Part shown: piece by piece, positions 18,419 to 28,915 of the stretch
How positions within the stretch are numbered: the stretch's first letter is position 1
Layout of the letters: every line of letters starts with the position of its first letter
Origin: a virus
Taxonomy: Duplodnaviria > Caudoviricetes
DNA: 52,583 bases
Direction: 5' to 3' (one strand)
Virus record (IMG/VR): IMGVR_UViG_3300010371_000043
Coordinates: 1 to 52,583 of that record
Position numbers and translations under genes: made by a program
The notes under the pieces: model-generated
Told to the model about the DNA's origin: nothing
What the model saw: the letters and a program-made list of their open reading frames with translations, nothing else
Databases searched by the model: none

Positions 18419-21400
18419 AGCGGTACCTCCTGAATAACAATGTTGATGTCTTGGATCGACGCACCGCCGCCAGTGACGGCAAGAAGGGAGAGATCGAACC
18501 ACACCGCCGTGTTGATCGCGAGCCCGGTAATACGTGTTGAGATCGCGAAACCTTGGCGGCCGGCAGTAGTAGAAGCGACGAACCGTTGCGACTGACCCCG
18601 TGCCGTCCCCGTAACCGTTGCCCCCGCGGCGGGCGCTGTGCCAGTGCCCTGTTGAAGCTGGATGGTGGTGCCATCCCCCGCAAGCGTCGTGTTTTCCGCA
18701 AGGCCAGTCAGGTGAACGAGGAGAATACCAGATATCTTCGGCGTAAAAGCAAACCCCGCTATCGAGCCGAGGCCAGCCATCTTCGCCGTAGTCGAAACAC
18801 CGCCGGTCGGGCCGGCAAAGACGCCGCCCGTTGAACCCCCCAACAACCCGGTGGGGCCAGTCGGGCCGGTGTTCCCGGTGGGGCCCGTGTTGCCGGTGAA
18901 GCCCGTGGGGCCTGTAGGTCCTGTGGGGCCGGCACCGCCAGAACTTAGAAGCGCAACGGAAAACAAGTTTAGCCCGGATGAACCGGACGAACCAATCAGA
19001 ACGCTGCTCGCCTGTACGAAATAGTCGACGGTAAGGGTATCCGTCGTCCCATTCATAAAGACGATCGCACTGCCAGTGGCTGAGTTAGTGCCTGCATCCA
19101 CCCCACACGAAAGCGCAGCCCGCGCGCCATTGAGCATCAGACGGACGTTGCCACTTCCCGTCCATCCCGTCGTGTTGGCGAAATAGCCCGAAAAATTACA
19201 TTGGTAGTAACCCGCAACTTTGGGGGTGAAGAGTTTAGCCGTGGAGTCCCACGAATTCGTGGTGTCAGTGACCACCAAATCATACGGCATCACCGTCACG
19301 GCGCTGGCCACGCCCGTAAATTGCGTGGAGAGATCGACCGCAAGGACAACGGTTTGCGCACCCCCCGGGCCGGTGTTCCCGGTCGGGCCAGTGACCGTCG
19401 ACGCAGCACCCTGTGCGCCCGTGGGGCCGGTGTTCCCGGTAGGGCCAGTGGGTCCGGTCGAACCCGCAGCGCCAGCAGAGCCGGCCGCCCCTTGAGGGCC
19501 GGTGTTTCCGGTCGGGCCAGTGACTGTCGAGGCGGCACCCTGCGCGCCCGTGGGGCCGGTGTTTCCGGTCGGGCCAGTGACTGTCGAGGCGGCACCCTGC
19601 GCGCCCGTAGGGCCGGTGTTTCCGGTGGGGCCGGTGTTTCCGGTGGGGCCTGTGGGTCCTGTCGAACCCGCGCCACTCCCGGAGCCGACTGGCGACCAGC
19701 CGGTCGAACTAATACCCGCCAACTTCGTATACATCGACGTGCCGGTGGCGCCATCGGAGCGCAGGAACACGCTGCTAGGACCGGCAGTAACAACGCCTTC
19801 GGGGCTCCCGGAGCCAGCGATGATGTTCGAGAACACGCCCGGCTTGTCGATCTGTCCCACACCGAAGAGAGCGTCCACCGCGATCTGCGGGTTCGTCACC
19901 TTCATCGTGTTGTACTCGCGCGCATTCAGCACGAGCAGCGTCCACGCGATGCCGTCGGCGCCGGTGACCGTGCCGCTGGTATGCGTCGGCTCGACCGACG
20001 CGGTACCACCGACGTTGCTGCAGCGATAGCTGTTGCCGCCGCTGGTATAATTCACTGACCCATAAATAACGGTCTCGCCGTTCGTCCACGGGCTGAAATG
20101 CCGGATTACGCCGCCGACATCGTACCGGAGACCGACAGCGGCAGTGATGCTCGCGTGGCGGCTGTACTCGCGCGTGATCACGCTGTTGTAGTTGTTGACC
20201 GTGGTGTCATTGACGTGGGTGCCCGTGACGGAGCGGTCGTCCGAGTTCGGACCGATCCCACATCCCGTCGGCTCGCGGAAGGCGTTGCTCCACGAGTTGA
20301 CATACTGCCACGACACGCCACCATCCGACTGCGTTCCTGACGTCCATGTCGGTGGCGTCAACCCCGAGGTCCCCCCGGCTGCGGTGAAATAGATGTTGAC
20401 GCCGTTCGAGCAGTATTCGCCAGCGGTAAACACCGTCGAGGAAGCCCAAAGCGCGTAGTTGCTCGTGCCGTTGAGATAGATGCCCCAGTGCTGCGTCGGA
20501 GACACCTGATCGTCATCCGTGGTGTTGCCGACCACCGTGTTGTTCTGGCCGTTGCCTCCGAACGCACTCTGGACCGCGATACCGGCATAGACGGAGCCGC
20601 CCTGTCCGTTGCTGATGCAGACGTTGCTCGTTACGGTGTTGTGCGACCCATAGACACCGATGCCATGAAACGCGCACTTACGGCAGACGTTGCCCACCAC
20701 CGCGTTCCACTGGCCAGTGATCGAGATACCGTTGTCGCCCGTCCCCTCGGCGTGGTTGCCGATGATCCGGTTGTCGTGACAGTCGTACTTGAGCCCGATC
20801 AACTCGATCGCGTTGAGGGTGGTGTAATTGCCTTGGATCAGGTTGTGGTTGGCGCCATTTTCGAGGAAGACGCCGAAGCCCCCACCATTCACGATCTGGT
20901 TGTTGGCGATCAGGTTATCCGCGACACCATCCAGCGTGATGCTACGCCCAAGACTGTTGGTGACCGTATTCTCTTTGATCACGCACTGGGTCGAACCGCT
21001 TTGGAGATTGATCTCGCCCTTCGGATTGAGGAACGAGCAGCCGGACACCTCGCACCCGGTGGCGCCGGTGAGGAGGGCAGCGAAGCCACTGGTCCCCGGC
21101 GTCGTGGTCATATCGAACAAGATGCCCTTACAGCGTGCACCGGCGACCGAGGACATGACGAAAGCACGGAAATTCCCCGGCACGATGGTCGTCGCGCCGC
21201 GCCCGTCGAGCGTCACATCGGCCGGGAAGACCAGTGGCTGGCTGATCGTATAGACGCCTGTCAACGCCACGATGCCGCCGACCGGAGCCAGCGCGTTCAT
21301 CGCCGCCTGAATGGTCGTCCAGTCGTCGCTTCCTGATGGCGGAATAATGCCAGACCCACCCCCGCCGGCCGGGCCGGTCGGGCCGATAATCGACAACATC

Positions 21401-21723
21401 AATTGTGCGTTACCGGAAACAACCACCGTGCCGCCATTGGTCGCGATGGTAAACTGAATGTGATCGGTCTTGATCTGACCGTAGGACGTCGTCTGTACGA
21501 GCACGACGTTGAAGACGTCCCCAAGCGTCCCGTTGGCCAGATAGAACTCGAACGCCCGGTTCTCGGCCCCGGGAAGCACCGCGACCGCGTTCACAGTGGC
21601 GGTCCCGCTGTCGACCGTCGCCTGCACGCCGCTCAGCGTCTCACTGTCACGCAGCCAGCCATCGCAGTCGACGCGATAGCGCCGACGCTCTCCGACGTTC
21701 TGTGTGACCGTGCGCAGTAGCAT
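18415..21723 (-). CDS. tailspike/fibre: adaptor + pectate-lyase-like beta-helix + collagen + C1q-like domain
   Basis: Asn-ladder repeats (NxIxGN); GPT/GNT triplets; YD.V..D...WD.....[10 protein letters not shown] motif. Confidence 0.8.
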   Translation of the reverse strand: MLLRTVTQNVGERRRYRVDCDGWLRDSETLSGVQATVDSGTATVNAVAVLPGAENRAFEFYLANGTLGDVFNVVLVQTTSYGQIKTDHIQFTIATNGGTVVVSGNAQLMLSIIGPTGPAGGGGSGIIPPSGSDDWTTIQAAMNALAPVGGIVALTGVYTISQPLVFPADVTLDGRGATTIVPGNFRAFVMSSVAGARCKGILFDMTTTPGTSGFAALLTGATGCEVSGCSFLNPKGEINLQSGSTQCVIKENTVTNSLGRSITLDGVADNLIANNQIVNGGGFGVFLENGANHNLIQGNYTTLNAIELIGLKYDCHDNRIIGNHAEGTGDNGISITGQWNAVVGNVCRKCAFHGIGVYGSHNTVTSNVCISNGQGGSVYAGIAVQSAFGGNGQNNTVVGNTTDDDQVSPTQHWGIYLNGTSNYALWASSTVFTAGEYCSNGVNIYFTAAGGTSGLTPPTWTSGTQSDGGVSWQYVNSWSNAFREPTGCGIGPNSDDRSVTGTHVNDTTVNNYNSVITREYSRHASITAAVGLRYDVGGVIRHFSPWTNGETVIYGSVNYTSGGNSYRCSNVGGTASVEPTHTSGTVTGADGIAWTLLVLNAREYNTMKVTNPQIAVDALFGVGQIDKPGVFSNIIAGSGSPEGVVTAGPSSVFLRSDGATGTSMYTKLAGISSTGWSPVGSGSGAGSTGPTGPTGNTGPTGNTGPTGAQGAASTVTGPTGNTGPTGAQGAASTVTGPTGNTGPQGAAGSAGAAGSTGPTGPTGNTGPTGAQGAASTVTGPTGNTGPGGAQTVVLAVDLSTQFTGVASAVTVMPYDLVVTDTTNSWDSTAKLFTPKVAGYYQCNFSGYFANTTGWTGSGNVRLMLNGARAALSCGVDAGTNSATGSAIVFMNGTTDTLTVDYFVQASSVLIGSSGSSGLNLFSVALLSSGGAGPTGPTGPTGFTGNTGPTGNTGPTGPTGLLGGSTGGVFAGPTGGVSTTAKMAGLGSIAGFAFTPKISGILLVHLTGLAENTTLAGDGTTIQLQQGTGTAPAAGATVTGTARGQSQRFVASTTAGRQGFAISTRITGLAINTAVWFDLSLLAVTGGGASIQDINIVIQEVPL
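19496..19609. repeat. 57-bp tandem repeat x2 in collagen segment, with a degenerate third copy at about 19367-19423
   Basis: Encodes the [19 protein letters not shown] unit. Confidence 0.85.
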
Positions 21724-21724
21724 G

Positions 21725-21853
21725 TTAACTCCGTGGCGGGCGCTGGATCACACGCGTAAGAGGTGGCCGCGGCAGTAAGCGTGCAATCGGCGGTCGCATA
21801 ATGCGTCGTGGAAGCGGTGGTCGAACGATCCGTACTGTGGCTGTTTCTGACAC
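21725..21853 (-). CDS. Arg/Pro-rich micropeptide, 42 aa, four 9-aa RPP repeats (absent from ORF track)
   Basis: [42 protein letters not shown]; GAGG RBS, GTG start; fills the intergenic gap; RPP codons differ between repeats. Confidence 0.6.
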   Translation of the reverse strand: MSETATVRIVRPPLPRRIMRPPIARLLPRPPLTRVIQRPPRS

Positions 21854-21860
21854 AACATCC

Positions 21861-22592
21861 TCACTGAATAATTATCGAGCGAGCACGAAAAATAGGCGGT
21901 GGCGTCACACCGTCAGTGAGCGATACAGCCAACGCGCTCCACCGTCCGACGGTCGAGCCGCCCTCCGCAGTGGTAGTCGTCGGGCCGCTCTGAACTGCAT
22001 AGTAGAGCCCGAAGTCCGAGCGGTCGGAGCCCACGGCGGGCTCCTGCGGATTATCCGCTAGGAAGACATAGCCGGTACCGGCTTGATCCCACGTATGCTG
22101 AACCGTTGACCCCACCGCGAGAAGGATCAGATCGTTGACGTTGGAGAGGATTACCGGGGAGGCGGTCGCCTGTGAGGCGCTGTTCGTAGGGTTCTGACCC
22201 GTCGCCGTGCTTTGGGGGTTCGGATCAAACGGCGCATTGATGTTGACGCCGTCGACCGCACATGTGAAAATTGAACACGTGCCCGGGGCGGCATTCCATG
22301 TCAACGTTGCCGTCGCGTTAATCGGCCCGATCGGCGCGCGGGCCCGCCACATCGTCAGGGTCACATACCGCCCGTTCGCATCAATCGGAAAGAACACATC
22401 CGTCGGCCCCTGCCATGTTAGGCCAGCCGTATCGGAAACATGCGTCGATGCAATATTTGCGAATGACGACGAACAACACATGGCAAAGAGCAAAAGAAGT
22501 TGGTTGTTCTTAGTTGTCTGGATCGGACAGGTGTACGTGAGCGCCGACCCGTTGGTGCCCCCTTTCTTCGGTCCTATAAGAGTGAAGCTCAT
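21861..22592 (-). CDS. putative receptor-binding/fibre tip protein
   Basis: 243 aa, Thr/Ser-rich beta protein coupled to the upstream collagen gene. Confidence 0.55.
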   Translation of the reverse strand: MSFTLIGPKKGGTNGSALTYTCPIQTTKNNQLLLLFAMCCSSSFANIASTHVSDTAGLTWQGPTDVFFPIDANGRYVTLTMWRARAPIGPINATATLTWNAAPGTCSIFTCAVDGVNINAPFDPNPQSTATGQNPTNSASQATASPVILSNVNDLILLAVGSTVQHTWDQAGTGYVFLADNPQEPAVGSDRSDFGLYYAVQSGPTTTTAEGGSTVGRWSALAVSLTDGVTPPPIFRARSIIIQ

Positions 22593-23362
22593 AGGCGGAT
22601 CGCTTTCAACGACACGGTGACCTGCGTGATCGCCGAACAGCTAATAACGTAGGCCGCCACGATATCGCCGGCGTTCAGGTTCTTAGACCAGCCCGGGAGC
22701 GTCGCATCTTGCATCTTGTTGCTGGACGTGATGGTGAGTGGTGCACTGCCGGTGATGCTCTCGGACGCACCGGGGATCGAAGGTGTGTTGACGTTGACAT
22801 ATGCCGCCTTGCGAATATCGATCACGCAACTCCCGCTCGTGTTCGCGATGATCGTCCCCTGCTGAATTTGGCAATTGCACGGCACTTCAAGATACGTCAC
22901 CGAGCCGGCCGCAAGGGTCGCGTTGAAGCCATCGAGCACCCACTCAATACCCATGAGTTGCGTCGGGCCGGTCGGGCCAGTGTTGCCTGTGGCGCCCGTG
23001 ATCCCGGTAGGGCCTGTGGGACCGCCGCTGGGGCCGGTCGGGCCAATCGGACCAATAAACCCGACGCCGGGGGCACCCGTCGCGCCGGTGGCGCCCGCTG
23101 GGCCCGTAGCGGCAGCGCCGGTCGATCCCGGGTTTCCGGGAGGGCCTGTATAGCCGGTCGGACCCGTCAGGCCGCGTGATCCGGTCACGCCGGTCGGGCC
23201 GGTGCCGATCGGGCCGGTGGGGCCGGTAAAGGACTGGCCTGTGGGACCGGTCGCGGCAGCGCCCGTAGCACCGGTGGGGCCGCCGCTGGGGCCGGTGGGA
23301 CCGCGTGCAACGACAACCGGTTGCGCCATAATCTGGGCTGGTTCTAGCTGTTGGACTGTCAT
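22589..23362 (-). CDS. collagen-like fibre protein (paralog B)
   Basis: GPT triplets; C-domain SAPLTI.S..K.QDATL.GW shared with 24343-25236. Confidence 0.8.
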   Translation of the reverse strand: MTVQQLEPAQIMAQPVVVARGPTGPSGGPTGATGAAATGPTGQSFTGPTGPIGTGPTGVTGSRGLTGPTGYTGPPGNPGSTGAAATGPAGATGATGAPGVGFIGPIGPTGPSGGPTGPTGITGATGNTGPTGPTQLMGIEWVLDGFNATLAAGSVTYLEVPCNCQIQQGTIIANTSGSCVIDIRKAAYVNVNTPSIPGASESITGSAPLTITSSNKMQDATLPGWSKNLNAGDIVAAYVISCSAITQVTVSLKAIRL

Positions 23363-23363
23363 G

Positions 23364-24341
23364 TCAGCACACCACCGTTCCGAATTGATATTTGAAGCCG
23401 ACGATCGGCGCGGTGACCACGGCTTCTATCGCCACCCACGATTTTCCGGTCGTCAACGTACCTGTCGTCGCCCACGTCGCTGCATCGGTCGAGCCGATGA
23501 CGCCCTGTGTCGCCGTCCCTCCACCAATACAGATGAAATATTTAAGAAGCCCTGCTGAATAGGTGATGCTGAACCCTTGGGGGGACGCACCATCATTCAT
23601 AGCGTGGGTCGTCCACGTCGAGCCGTCGGCAGAGGCAGGTGCGACCGCCCCCTGCATGGCGACGATGAAGCCGCCCGCACCAACGATGGCGCACATATCG
23701 TGGTGGTTACCAGTGTTAAGCGGTGCGTTCGACGAGTGGGCAGTCCATGTCGTGCCATCCGGCGACGTCGCGCTCTTGTTCGTGCTGAAACACGACGTAC
23801 AGAATAGCGCGAGCACCGGGTCCCATGCCAACGCCTGCAGGGACGTCATTGGGGGCGTCACGAGGCTCCACGACGTACCGTTGGTCGATGTCGCAAGCTG
23901 GTGGGTGCCAGAATTCGACATCGCAACAAGGACGCCCTGTGAGGGCGACCATGCGAGCTTCTGCCACGTATTCTGCTCACCGATCGCGTGCGCGGTCCAC
24001 GCGAGCCCATCAGTTGAGATCGCAGAGTTGCTCGCCTGTCCGGTGTTGTTGCTCACCGCGACAAACGCACTCAGCGCATCAATCCAGATAACCGTACACC
24101 ATCCGATCGTGCCATTGATCGCGGCGGATGAATACGTCCACGTCACACCATCTGATGACACGGCAGTATGGCCGTTCGTCGCGTTGACGGCGCACCACTG
24201 CCCAAGCGTGTCGGAGTAACACATGTCCGACCAGCCGGACGATGCGTTTCCGTTGAGGCCAGTGTTCGTTGTCCACGTCGACCCGTCCGGCGTCGTCGCC
24301 GTGGTGCCATCGGATGCGAGGATGGTAACTGCGGTCGTCAT
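23364..24341 (-). CDS. BNR/Asp-box beta-propeller protein (receptor-binding candidate)
   Basis: Repeated S-x-D-G-x-T-W motifs about every 45 aa. Confidence 0.75.
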   Translation of the reverse strand: MTTAVTILASDGTTATTPDGSTWTTNTGLNGNASSGWSDMCYSDTLGQWCAVNATNGHTAVSSDGVTWTYSSAAINGTIGWCTVIWIDALSAFVAVSNNTGQASNSAISTDGLAWTAHAIGEQNTWQKLAWSPSQGVLVAMSNSGTHQLATSTNGTSWSLVTPPMTSLQALAWDPVLALFCTSCFSTNKSATSPDGTTWTAHSSNAPLNTGNHHDMCAIVGAGGFIVAMQGAVAPASADGSTWTTHAMNDGASPQGFSITYSAGLLKYFICIGGGTATQGVIGSTDAATWATTGTLTTGKSWVAIEAVVTAPIVGFKYQFGTVVC

Positions 24342-24342
24342 T

Positions 24343-25236
24343 TTACGACCTCAGAACTTTGAGGCCCACCGTGCAGCGTGTGATTGTCGCGGCGCTGGTC
24401 ACGTTGAACCCGAGCACCGTCCCGGCCGCGACCGCCGTGGTCCATCCCGAGAGAGTTGCGTCCTGCGCCTTTTCGGCCGACGAGATCGTCAGGGGCGCGC
24501 TCGCGCTGATTTTGTCCGCGGTTGCCGGGTGCGTCGGCGGCGCGAACGCCGAATAAGTACACGCATCGATCTCAACGACGATCGACCCGCTCTGATCGGC
24601 AAGGAGGGTTCCCTGCTGGATCGTACAGGCGAAATCGACTATCAGGTATCCTTTGATACCGGTCGTGATCGCTGAGCCGCCGCCGTCGATGACGAACTGC
24701 AGACCGGCGACCTGCGCAGGGCCGGTTGCGCCAGTCGGCCCGGTGCCTCCAAGCCCGGTCGGGCCGGTGGGGCCCCCCGATGGCCCGGTGTTACCGGTGG
24801 GCCCGGTGACGGTCGAGGCGGGGCCGGTTGGACCCGTCCCCAGCGGGCCAGTCCAGCCCGTATAGCCGGTCACGCCCTGCGGGCCGGTTGCGCCAGCGCC
24901 GGTGGGGCCAGTGTTGCCGGTGGGACCCGTGAGAGTCCCCGTCGGGCCGGTGGGACCAAACCCTGTCGGACCGGTGGGACCCGTGAGGGTCCCCGTCGGG
25001 CCGGTCGGGCCGGGCACGGAGGGGCCGGTGTTGCCGGTCGGGCCGGTGATGCTGCTGGCGGGACCCGTCGCCCCGAGCCCTGTCGGGCCGGTGGGGCCGG
25101 TCGCCGCGGCGCCGGTTGCGCCTGTCGGCCCGGTAAAGGACGCGCCTGTGGGGCCGCCGGCGGGGCCGGTGGGACCAAGGACGACGACAACCGGCTGAGC
25201 CGCGATAGTCGCCGGGGAATTTTCGGAGACAGCCAT
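24343..25236 (-). CDS. collagen-like fibre protein (paralog A)
   Basis: AQPVVV N-terminus, long GPT run, beta C-domain. Confidence 0.8.
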   Translation of the reverse strand: MAVSENSPATIAAQPVVVVLGPTGPAGGPTGASFTGPTGATGAAATGPTGPTGLGATGPASSITGPTGNTGPSVPGPTGPTGTLTGPTGPTGFGPTGPTGTLTGPTGNTGPTGAGATGPQGVTGYTGWTGPLGTGPTGPASTVTGPTGNTGPSGGPTGPTGLGGTGPTGATGPAQVAGLQFVIDGGGSAITTGIKGYLIVDFACTIQQGTLLADQSGSIVVEIDACTYSAFAPPTHPATADKISASAPLTISSAEKAQDATLSGWTTAVAAGTVLGFNVTSAATITRCTVGLKVLRS

Positions 25237-25619
25237 CAATCCTCCGTGACGCCTTGGCGCACAAACACGTGGCCGGTCATCAACTGCACGCGGATCGCCG
25301 GCGAGGACCCATCGAACATGATCAGGTCATAGACATACTGGCCGACCGGCAGATCGGTATCGATCGTGGTGTCCGGCACATTCATGTGAAGCACACGCTG
25401 CACCAGATCGTCGACGACGATGGTGCCGCCGGCGGACGTGAAAGTCGCCAGCGGGGTTGTGTCGTTGTGGCTCGCCTTGATTTCGAGCTTGAACGATTGC
25501 CCGGTAAAGTCCCACGACGTGTCGCCCACGACGCCGAACTGAAACGCGTCGCTCCATGTCGCGTTGTTCGGGATCACGATGTCGACGAGAGCCGCCGTTG
25601 CGCCGCGAAGCTGGGTCAT
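25236..25619 (-). CDS. beta-sandwich fibre-attachment protein, 127 aa
   Basis: TGATG coupling; WDFTG....EIK...G.YVYDL...G.V.V.QGVT pattern. Confidence 0.65.
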   Translation of the reverse strand: MTQLRGATAALVDIVIPNNATWSDAFQFGVVGDTSWDFTGQSFKLEIKASHNDTTPLATFTSAGGTIVVDDLVQRVLHMNVPDTTIDTDLPVGQYVYDLIMFDGSSPAIRVQLMTGHVFVRQGVTED

Positions 25620-26269
25620 CAGAATGTCCTCTCGTTGCCAGTCGCGCCGCCACTGGGGACACCACCCTGTTGCGTGCGGGTGCGGAAGCCCTGCGGGAAG
25701 GCCCACGCCTGCGACCCGTTCGTATTCGCGCGCAGCTTAGAGACGCGCGCTCGTGCGATCGCATCCCGGAAGCGTTTGAGGTGATAAACGCCCTTGGTCT
25801 CGTTCGAGTAGGCGCGCTGCGGCGTCGAGTACATTTTCCCAAGCAGCCCATCGAGCAGCCCGACATGCCAGATCGGCAGAAGCCAGTCGGGGCCGACCGG
25901 GATGTCCTCTTTGGTGAGCGGCAGGTAGACGTTCTTCACGAACGTCGCAGTGAACATCTGGACACTGTTGGCGGGATAGGCGAGCGTCACCGTCCCGATG
26001 TCGTACATGAGGGCCGGCTGGGGGAAGCCGCCGCTATCCACGACGATGGCGAGCCGGACGATCTGGCCCTCCGTCACCTGCAGGGGATAAACCCGCGTGA
26101 CGTTGTCACCAATGGTCGGGAACTGCACGTCCTCCGTCCACGCCGAGCTATCGTTCAGGAACTCGGAGAGCACGTCATACAGTTCGTTCTTGAGCGCGCC
26201 GCTCGACGCGCCCGTCAGCTTCGAGGCGGCCTGCGTCAGCAACTGTTCATAGTCCTGTTTATTGATCAT
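25619..26269 (-). CDS. head-tail connector/adaptor protein
   Basis: 216 aa downstream of the capsid; EFL..S.AW...LDG.LG.MY..P...YSN pattern. Confidence 0.6.
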   Translation of the reverse strand: MINKQDYEQLLTQAASKLTGASSGALKNELYDVLSEFLNDSSAWTEDVQFPTIGDNVTRVYPLQVTEGQIVRLAIVVDSGGFPQPALMYDIGTVTLAYPANSVQMFTATFVKNVYLPLTKEDIPVGPDWLLPIWHVGLLDGLLGKMYSTPQRAYSNETKGVYHLKRFRDAIARARVSKLRANTNGSQAWAFPQGFRTRTQQGGVPSGGATGNERTF

Positions 26270-26661
26270 GGCTGCGGTGCTGCCTGTGCGATGGCCGGTC
26301 GAGTGCCAGTGAAGATATCGTTGAAAGTCTTGAGGAAGATCGCGGCGCGGACATCTTGGATGTCCTCCTGATCGCGTTCGAGCGCGAAGCCGACGAGCCC
26401 GTGCAGGATGCCGAGCCGGAACTGCTCCTCCATGAACACGGGTTGACTGAGGTTCTGCTGGAACGTCTGCACGAGTGGATCGCCCGGCCGGCGCCGGCGG
26501 AACAAGAAGACGTCGGGCCGGATGCGTCGGGCCTCGAACATCGTGACGTTGAAGGCCGAGAGCAGCGACGGATCATCGTAACGATACGGCTGGATCAGGT
26601 CCTGCAGGAGGACCCGGGCGTCGTTGATGTAGTCGGTGATCGTTTCGAGTTCACTGGCCAT
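26266..26661 (-). CDS. head-tail adaptor protein
   Basis: I.DARVLLQD....YRYDD..LL..FN.......RIRPD motif; GGAG RBS. Confidence 0.65.
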   Translation of the reverse strand: MASELETITDYINDARVLLQDLIQPYRYDDPSLLSAFNVTMFEARRIRPDVFLFRRRRPGDPLVQTFQQNLSQPVFMEEQFRLGILHGLVGFALERDQEDIQDVRAAIFLKTFNDIFTGTRPAIAQAAPQP

Positions 26662-26701
26662 CGAAGTCTCCGCAGATGGCCCGAACCCTATGGATTACGC
26701 G

Positions 26702-26716
26702 TTAAGGAACGGATAA
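26702..26716 (-). promoter_or_regulatory. CtrA-like box (1 mismatch)
   Basis: TTAA-GGAACGG-ATAA, intergenic, 41 nt upstream of ATG 26661; TAGGGT 11 nt downstream. Confidence 0.6.
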
Positions 26717-26720
26717 CGCA

Positions 26721-26963
26721 TCAGGCTTCCCCTTCGGAGAGGGGGAGCGCCGCGAGTGCCTTGAGGACAGCAAGCCAGAGGGCTTCGGTCGTGTATTGGA
26801 GCCGCATCCGACCACCATCCGTCGTGACATCGATCCCGTAGTTGCCGTCCCACTTCCACGCGTAGAGCCCGCGGTAGGTGGAGCGCCTGATCTCCGCGTG
26901 GAGGACGTCCCCGAACCACACGCGGATGGCATCGAAGACGACCTCGGCGCGGACGGGGGGCAT
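26721..26963 (-). CDS. hypothetical protein, 80 aa
   Basis: Start MPPVRAEV coupled by TGATG to the upstream stop. Confidence 0.5.
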   Translation of the reverse strand: MPPVRAEVVFDAIRVWFGDVLHAEIRRSTYRGLYAWKWDGNYGIDVTTDGGRMRLQYTTEALWLAVLKALAALPLSEGEA

Positions 26964-27364
26964 CAGTAGCTTCCAAAACCGTCCACTTCGAGCGAGGACG
27001 CGCCAGTGTAAGTGCCGACGACGATATATTTGATCCGCCAGTAGCGGCCCAAGAAACCCGCCTTTGCAGTCCCGGCGCCGAGCGCGCCGTCGGTAAGGGT
27101 GCCGGTCTGCGACGATCCCGGAGGGCCAATCGACCAAAACTGGTTACCGGCAGACGTGGTGATCTGCGAAAATGCAACGCTGTCGAAAAACGTCACCCCA
27201 TCGAGCGACGTCTGGATATAGACGTTGATCGAGGTGCCGCCGGCCCCATACAGGAATTTCAAGAAGAACGAAATCAACTTGGGGCACTTACCCCCTGCAT
27301 CCCAGACGGGCGATACATAGGTGCCGGCGGCGGGGATAGTCGTCTGCGGGAGAACAGCGGTCAT
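26963..27364 (-). CDS. putative capsid decoration/minor structural protein
   Basis: 133 aa, beta-rich (IQTSLDG.TF.D...RY.RIKY.V.G), GGAG RBS, directly after the MCP. Confidence 0.55.
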   Translation of the reverse strand: MTAVLPQTTIPAAGTYVSPVWDAGGKCPKLISFFLKFLYGAGGTSINVYIQTSLDGVTFFDSVAFSQITTSAGNQFWSIGPPGSSQTGTLTDGALGAGTAKAGFLGRYWRIKYIVVGTYTGASSLEVDGFGSY

Positions 27365-27378
27365 GGGACGCTCCAATG

Positions 27379-27410
27379 AAAAGGCCCCGAAGTGTTACCT
27401 CCGGGGCCTT
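27379..27410 (-). terminator. intrinsic terminator after major capsid gene
   Basis: AAGGCCCCG/CGGGGCCTT stem running into a short T tract on the minus strand. Confidence 0.65.
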
Positions 27411-27423
27411 AATTTTCACTTAG
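27409..27423 (-). promoter_or_regulatory. CtrA-like box (1 mismatch)
   Basis: TTAA-TTTTCAC-TTAG, 45 nt upstream of ATG 27364; TAACAC 11 nt downstream; abuts the terminator. Confidence 0.55.
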
Positions 27424-27432
27424 CGACCAGCC

Positions 27433-28443
27433 TTAGCTGTTCGGGGTAACCTGTGCCTGAACCAGCGCCTTGCCGTCGACGACCTGATAGCCGTAGACCT
27501 GCAGGCCGCGCAGGATTTGGCCGAAGGTCAGTTCGGACCGCAGGGTTTCCACCTTGCTGATCTGGCTGGCGAACGTCAGGCCGTGCGCGTGGCCCGCGAA
27601 GATCGGCCACTCACCGGCGTTGAAGTTCGTGCTGTCGGACGAGTTGTTCGGCAGCAGGTTGCTGATGTAGATGGTGAACCGGTCCACCATGCCCAGCCGG
27701 CCGTTGCGCAGCATCGAGACGCTGTCGCCCGACAGGTAAGCCTGACGGAGTTCGGACTGCTTGATCATGCGGCCCGCCCAAGACGGCATCACGACCCAGC
27801 GCCCGACTTCCGGGATGTTCTGCTCGTCGAGCACCTGACCCATACGCATCAGGACGTCGAGCAGTTCGATGTCACCCACGCCCGGGTTCTTGGAGACCAC
27901 CGAGAGGGGGGTGCCCTTGACGCCGAGATTGATGTTGCCGGTGACGGCACCGGCCGCGGTTCCCTTGTTCGCCGCAACCATCTGGCCGACGATACCGTCG
28001 AGGACATCGCTGTCCACGGTGATCTTCAACTGCTGGGCCGCGTCGTCCGACCACATGGAGAGGACGTTCAGATCGCTCTGAATTTCCATCACGTCGTCGA
28101 GGATCAGGGAGAAGTACTTGCCGTTGCCGATGTACAACTCCACGGTGCCGCCCGTCGGACGATCGAGGCCCAAGAGCCCGTCCGAGGAGTAGTTGTGGAT
28201 GCTGATGGTCGGCTTCGTACGGATTTTGACGCGGTCGCCCTTGTTCTTGATCTCACCTTCGTAGTCGGTGTTGGAGATCGCGGCGAGGACGGTGGACGCG
28301 TAGAATTTCTCCACGAGCTTACCGGACCAAATCTCCGGGATAAAACCCGTCGATTGGAGGTTGTTGCCCGAGGAGCCGGTTGGGTAGATCAAGGGGCTCG
28401 ACCCAGAGGTTGCGCCGGGAAAACCTGCTGAAGGAATGGACAT
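27433..28443 (-). CDS. major capsid protein (P22-coat-like, HK97 fold)
   Basis: FIPEIWSGKL...ISNTDYEGEIK..GDRVKI...RGLQVYG motifs; follows the scaffold gene. Confidence 0.9.
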   Translation of the reverse strand: MSIPSAGFPGATSGSSPLIYPTGSSGNNLQSTGFIPEIWSGKLVEKFYASTVLAAISNTDYEGEIKNKGDRVKIRTKPTISIHNYSSDGLLGLDRPTGGTVELYIGNGKYFSLILDDVMEIQSDLNVLSMWSDDAAQQLKITVDSDVLDGIVGQMVAANKGTAAGAVTGNINLGVKGTPLSVVSKNPGVGDIELLDVLMRMGQVLDEQNIPEVGRWVVMPSWAGRMIKQSELRQAYLSGDSVSMLRNGRLGMVDRFTIYISNLLPNNSSDSTNFNAGEWPIFAGHAHGLTFASQISKVETLRSELTFGQILRGLQVYGYQVVDGKALVQAQVTPNS

Positions 28444-28471
28444 TTACGTTACTCCTGCCCCTGCGGGGCGC

Positions 28472-28855
28472 TTAATTGCCGAAGACAAGCCAAGACGCCG
28501 TGGTGGATGCGCCACCAGCGTTCAACTTGGCGGATGAAGTCGTGACGTCGAAGGAGAAGGCATCAGGTGCGGGACTACCGAAGCCGCCCATAACCAAACC
28601 AAGGGTCGCGTTCGGGAACGCGGGCCAACTCACCGAAACATCTGTTCCAGCGGGTAAAGACACGGTGCCTCCGAAGAAGATCAAACCTGCGGGGGCCGAA
28701 GCGCCCGTAGGTCCTTGCGAACCTGTCGCCCCGGCTACGCCAGTCGGACCCGTCACACCCACACCGGCTTCGCCGGTCGGACCTGTCGAACCCACACCAG
28801 CAGAGCCAGCGGAGCCGGTAGGACCTGTGGGACCTGTGAAGTTTGGACCGGGCAT
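28472..28855 (-). CDS. short collagen-like protein with gp53-like C-terminal domain
   Basis: GPTG repeats, then GLIFFGG...V.WP.AFPNA. Confidence 0.7.
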   Translation of the reverse strand: MPGPNFTGPTGPTGSAGSAGVGSTGPTGEAGVGVTGPTGVAGATGSQGPTGASAPAGLIFFGGTVSLPAGTDVSVSWPAFPNATLGLVMGGFGSPAPDAFSFDVTTSSAKLNAGGASTTASWLVFGN

Positions 28856-28915
28856 AGAAAGAGCCCCTTCTTACGTTGGGGCTCTGGTGTCGTGCGGATG
28901 CAGACGAGCCCCGGG

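Noticed and set aside
19220-20029. Plus-strand PVGPVGP repeat ORFs (also near 22.9, 24.7-25.2, 28.5 and 35.1 kb)
   Set aside because: Reverse-complement reading of GPT collagen codons.
18415-25236. Diversity-generating retroelement or invertible fibre cassette
   Set aside because: No reverse transcriptase, recombinase, adenine-variant repeat pair or flanking inverted sites seen.
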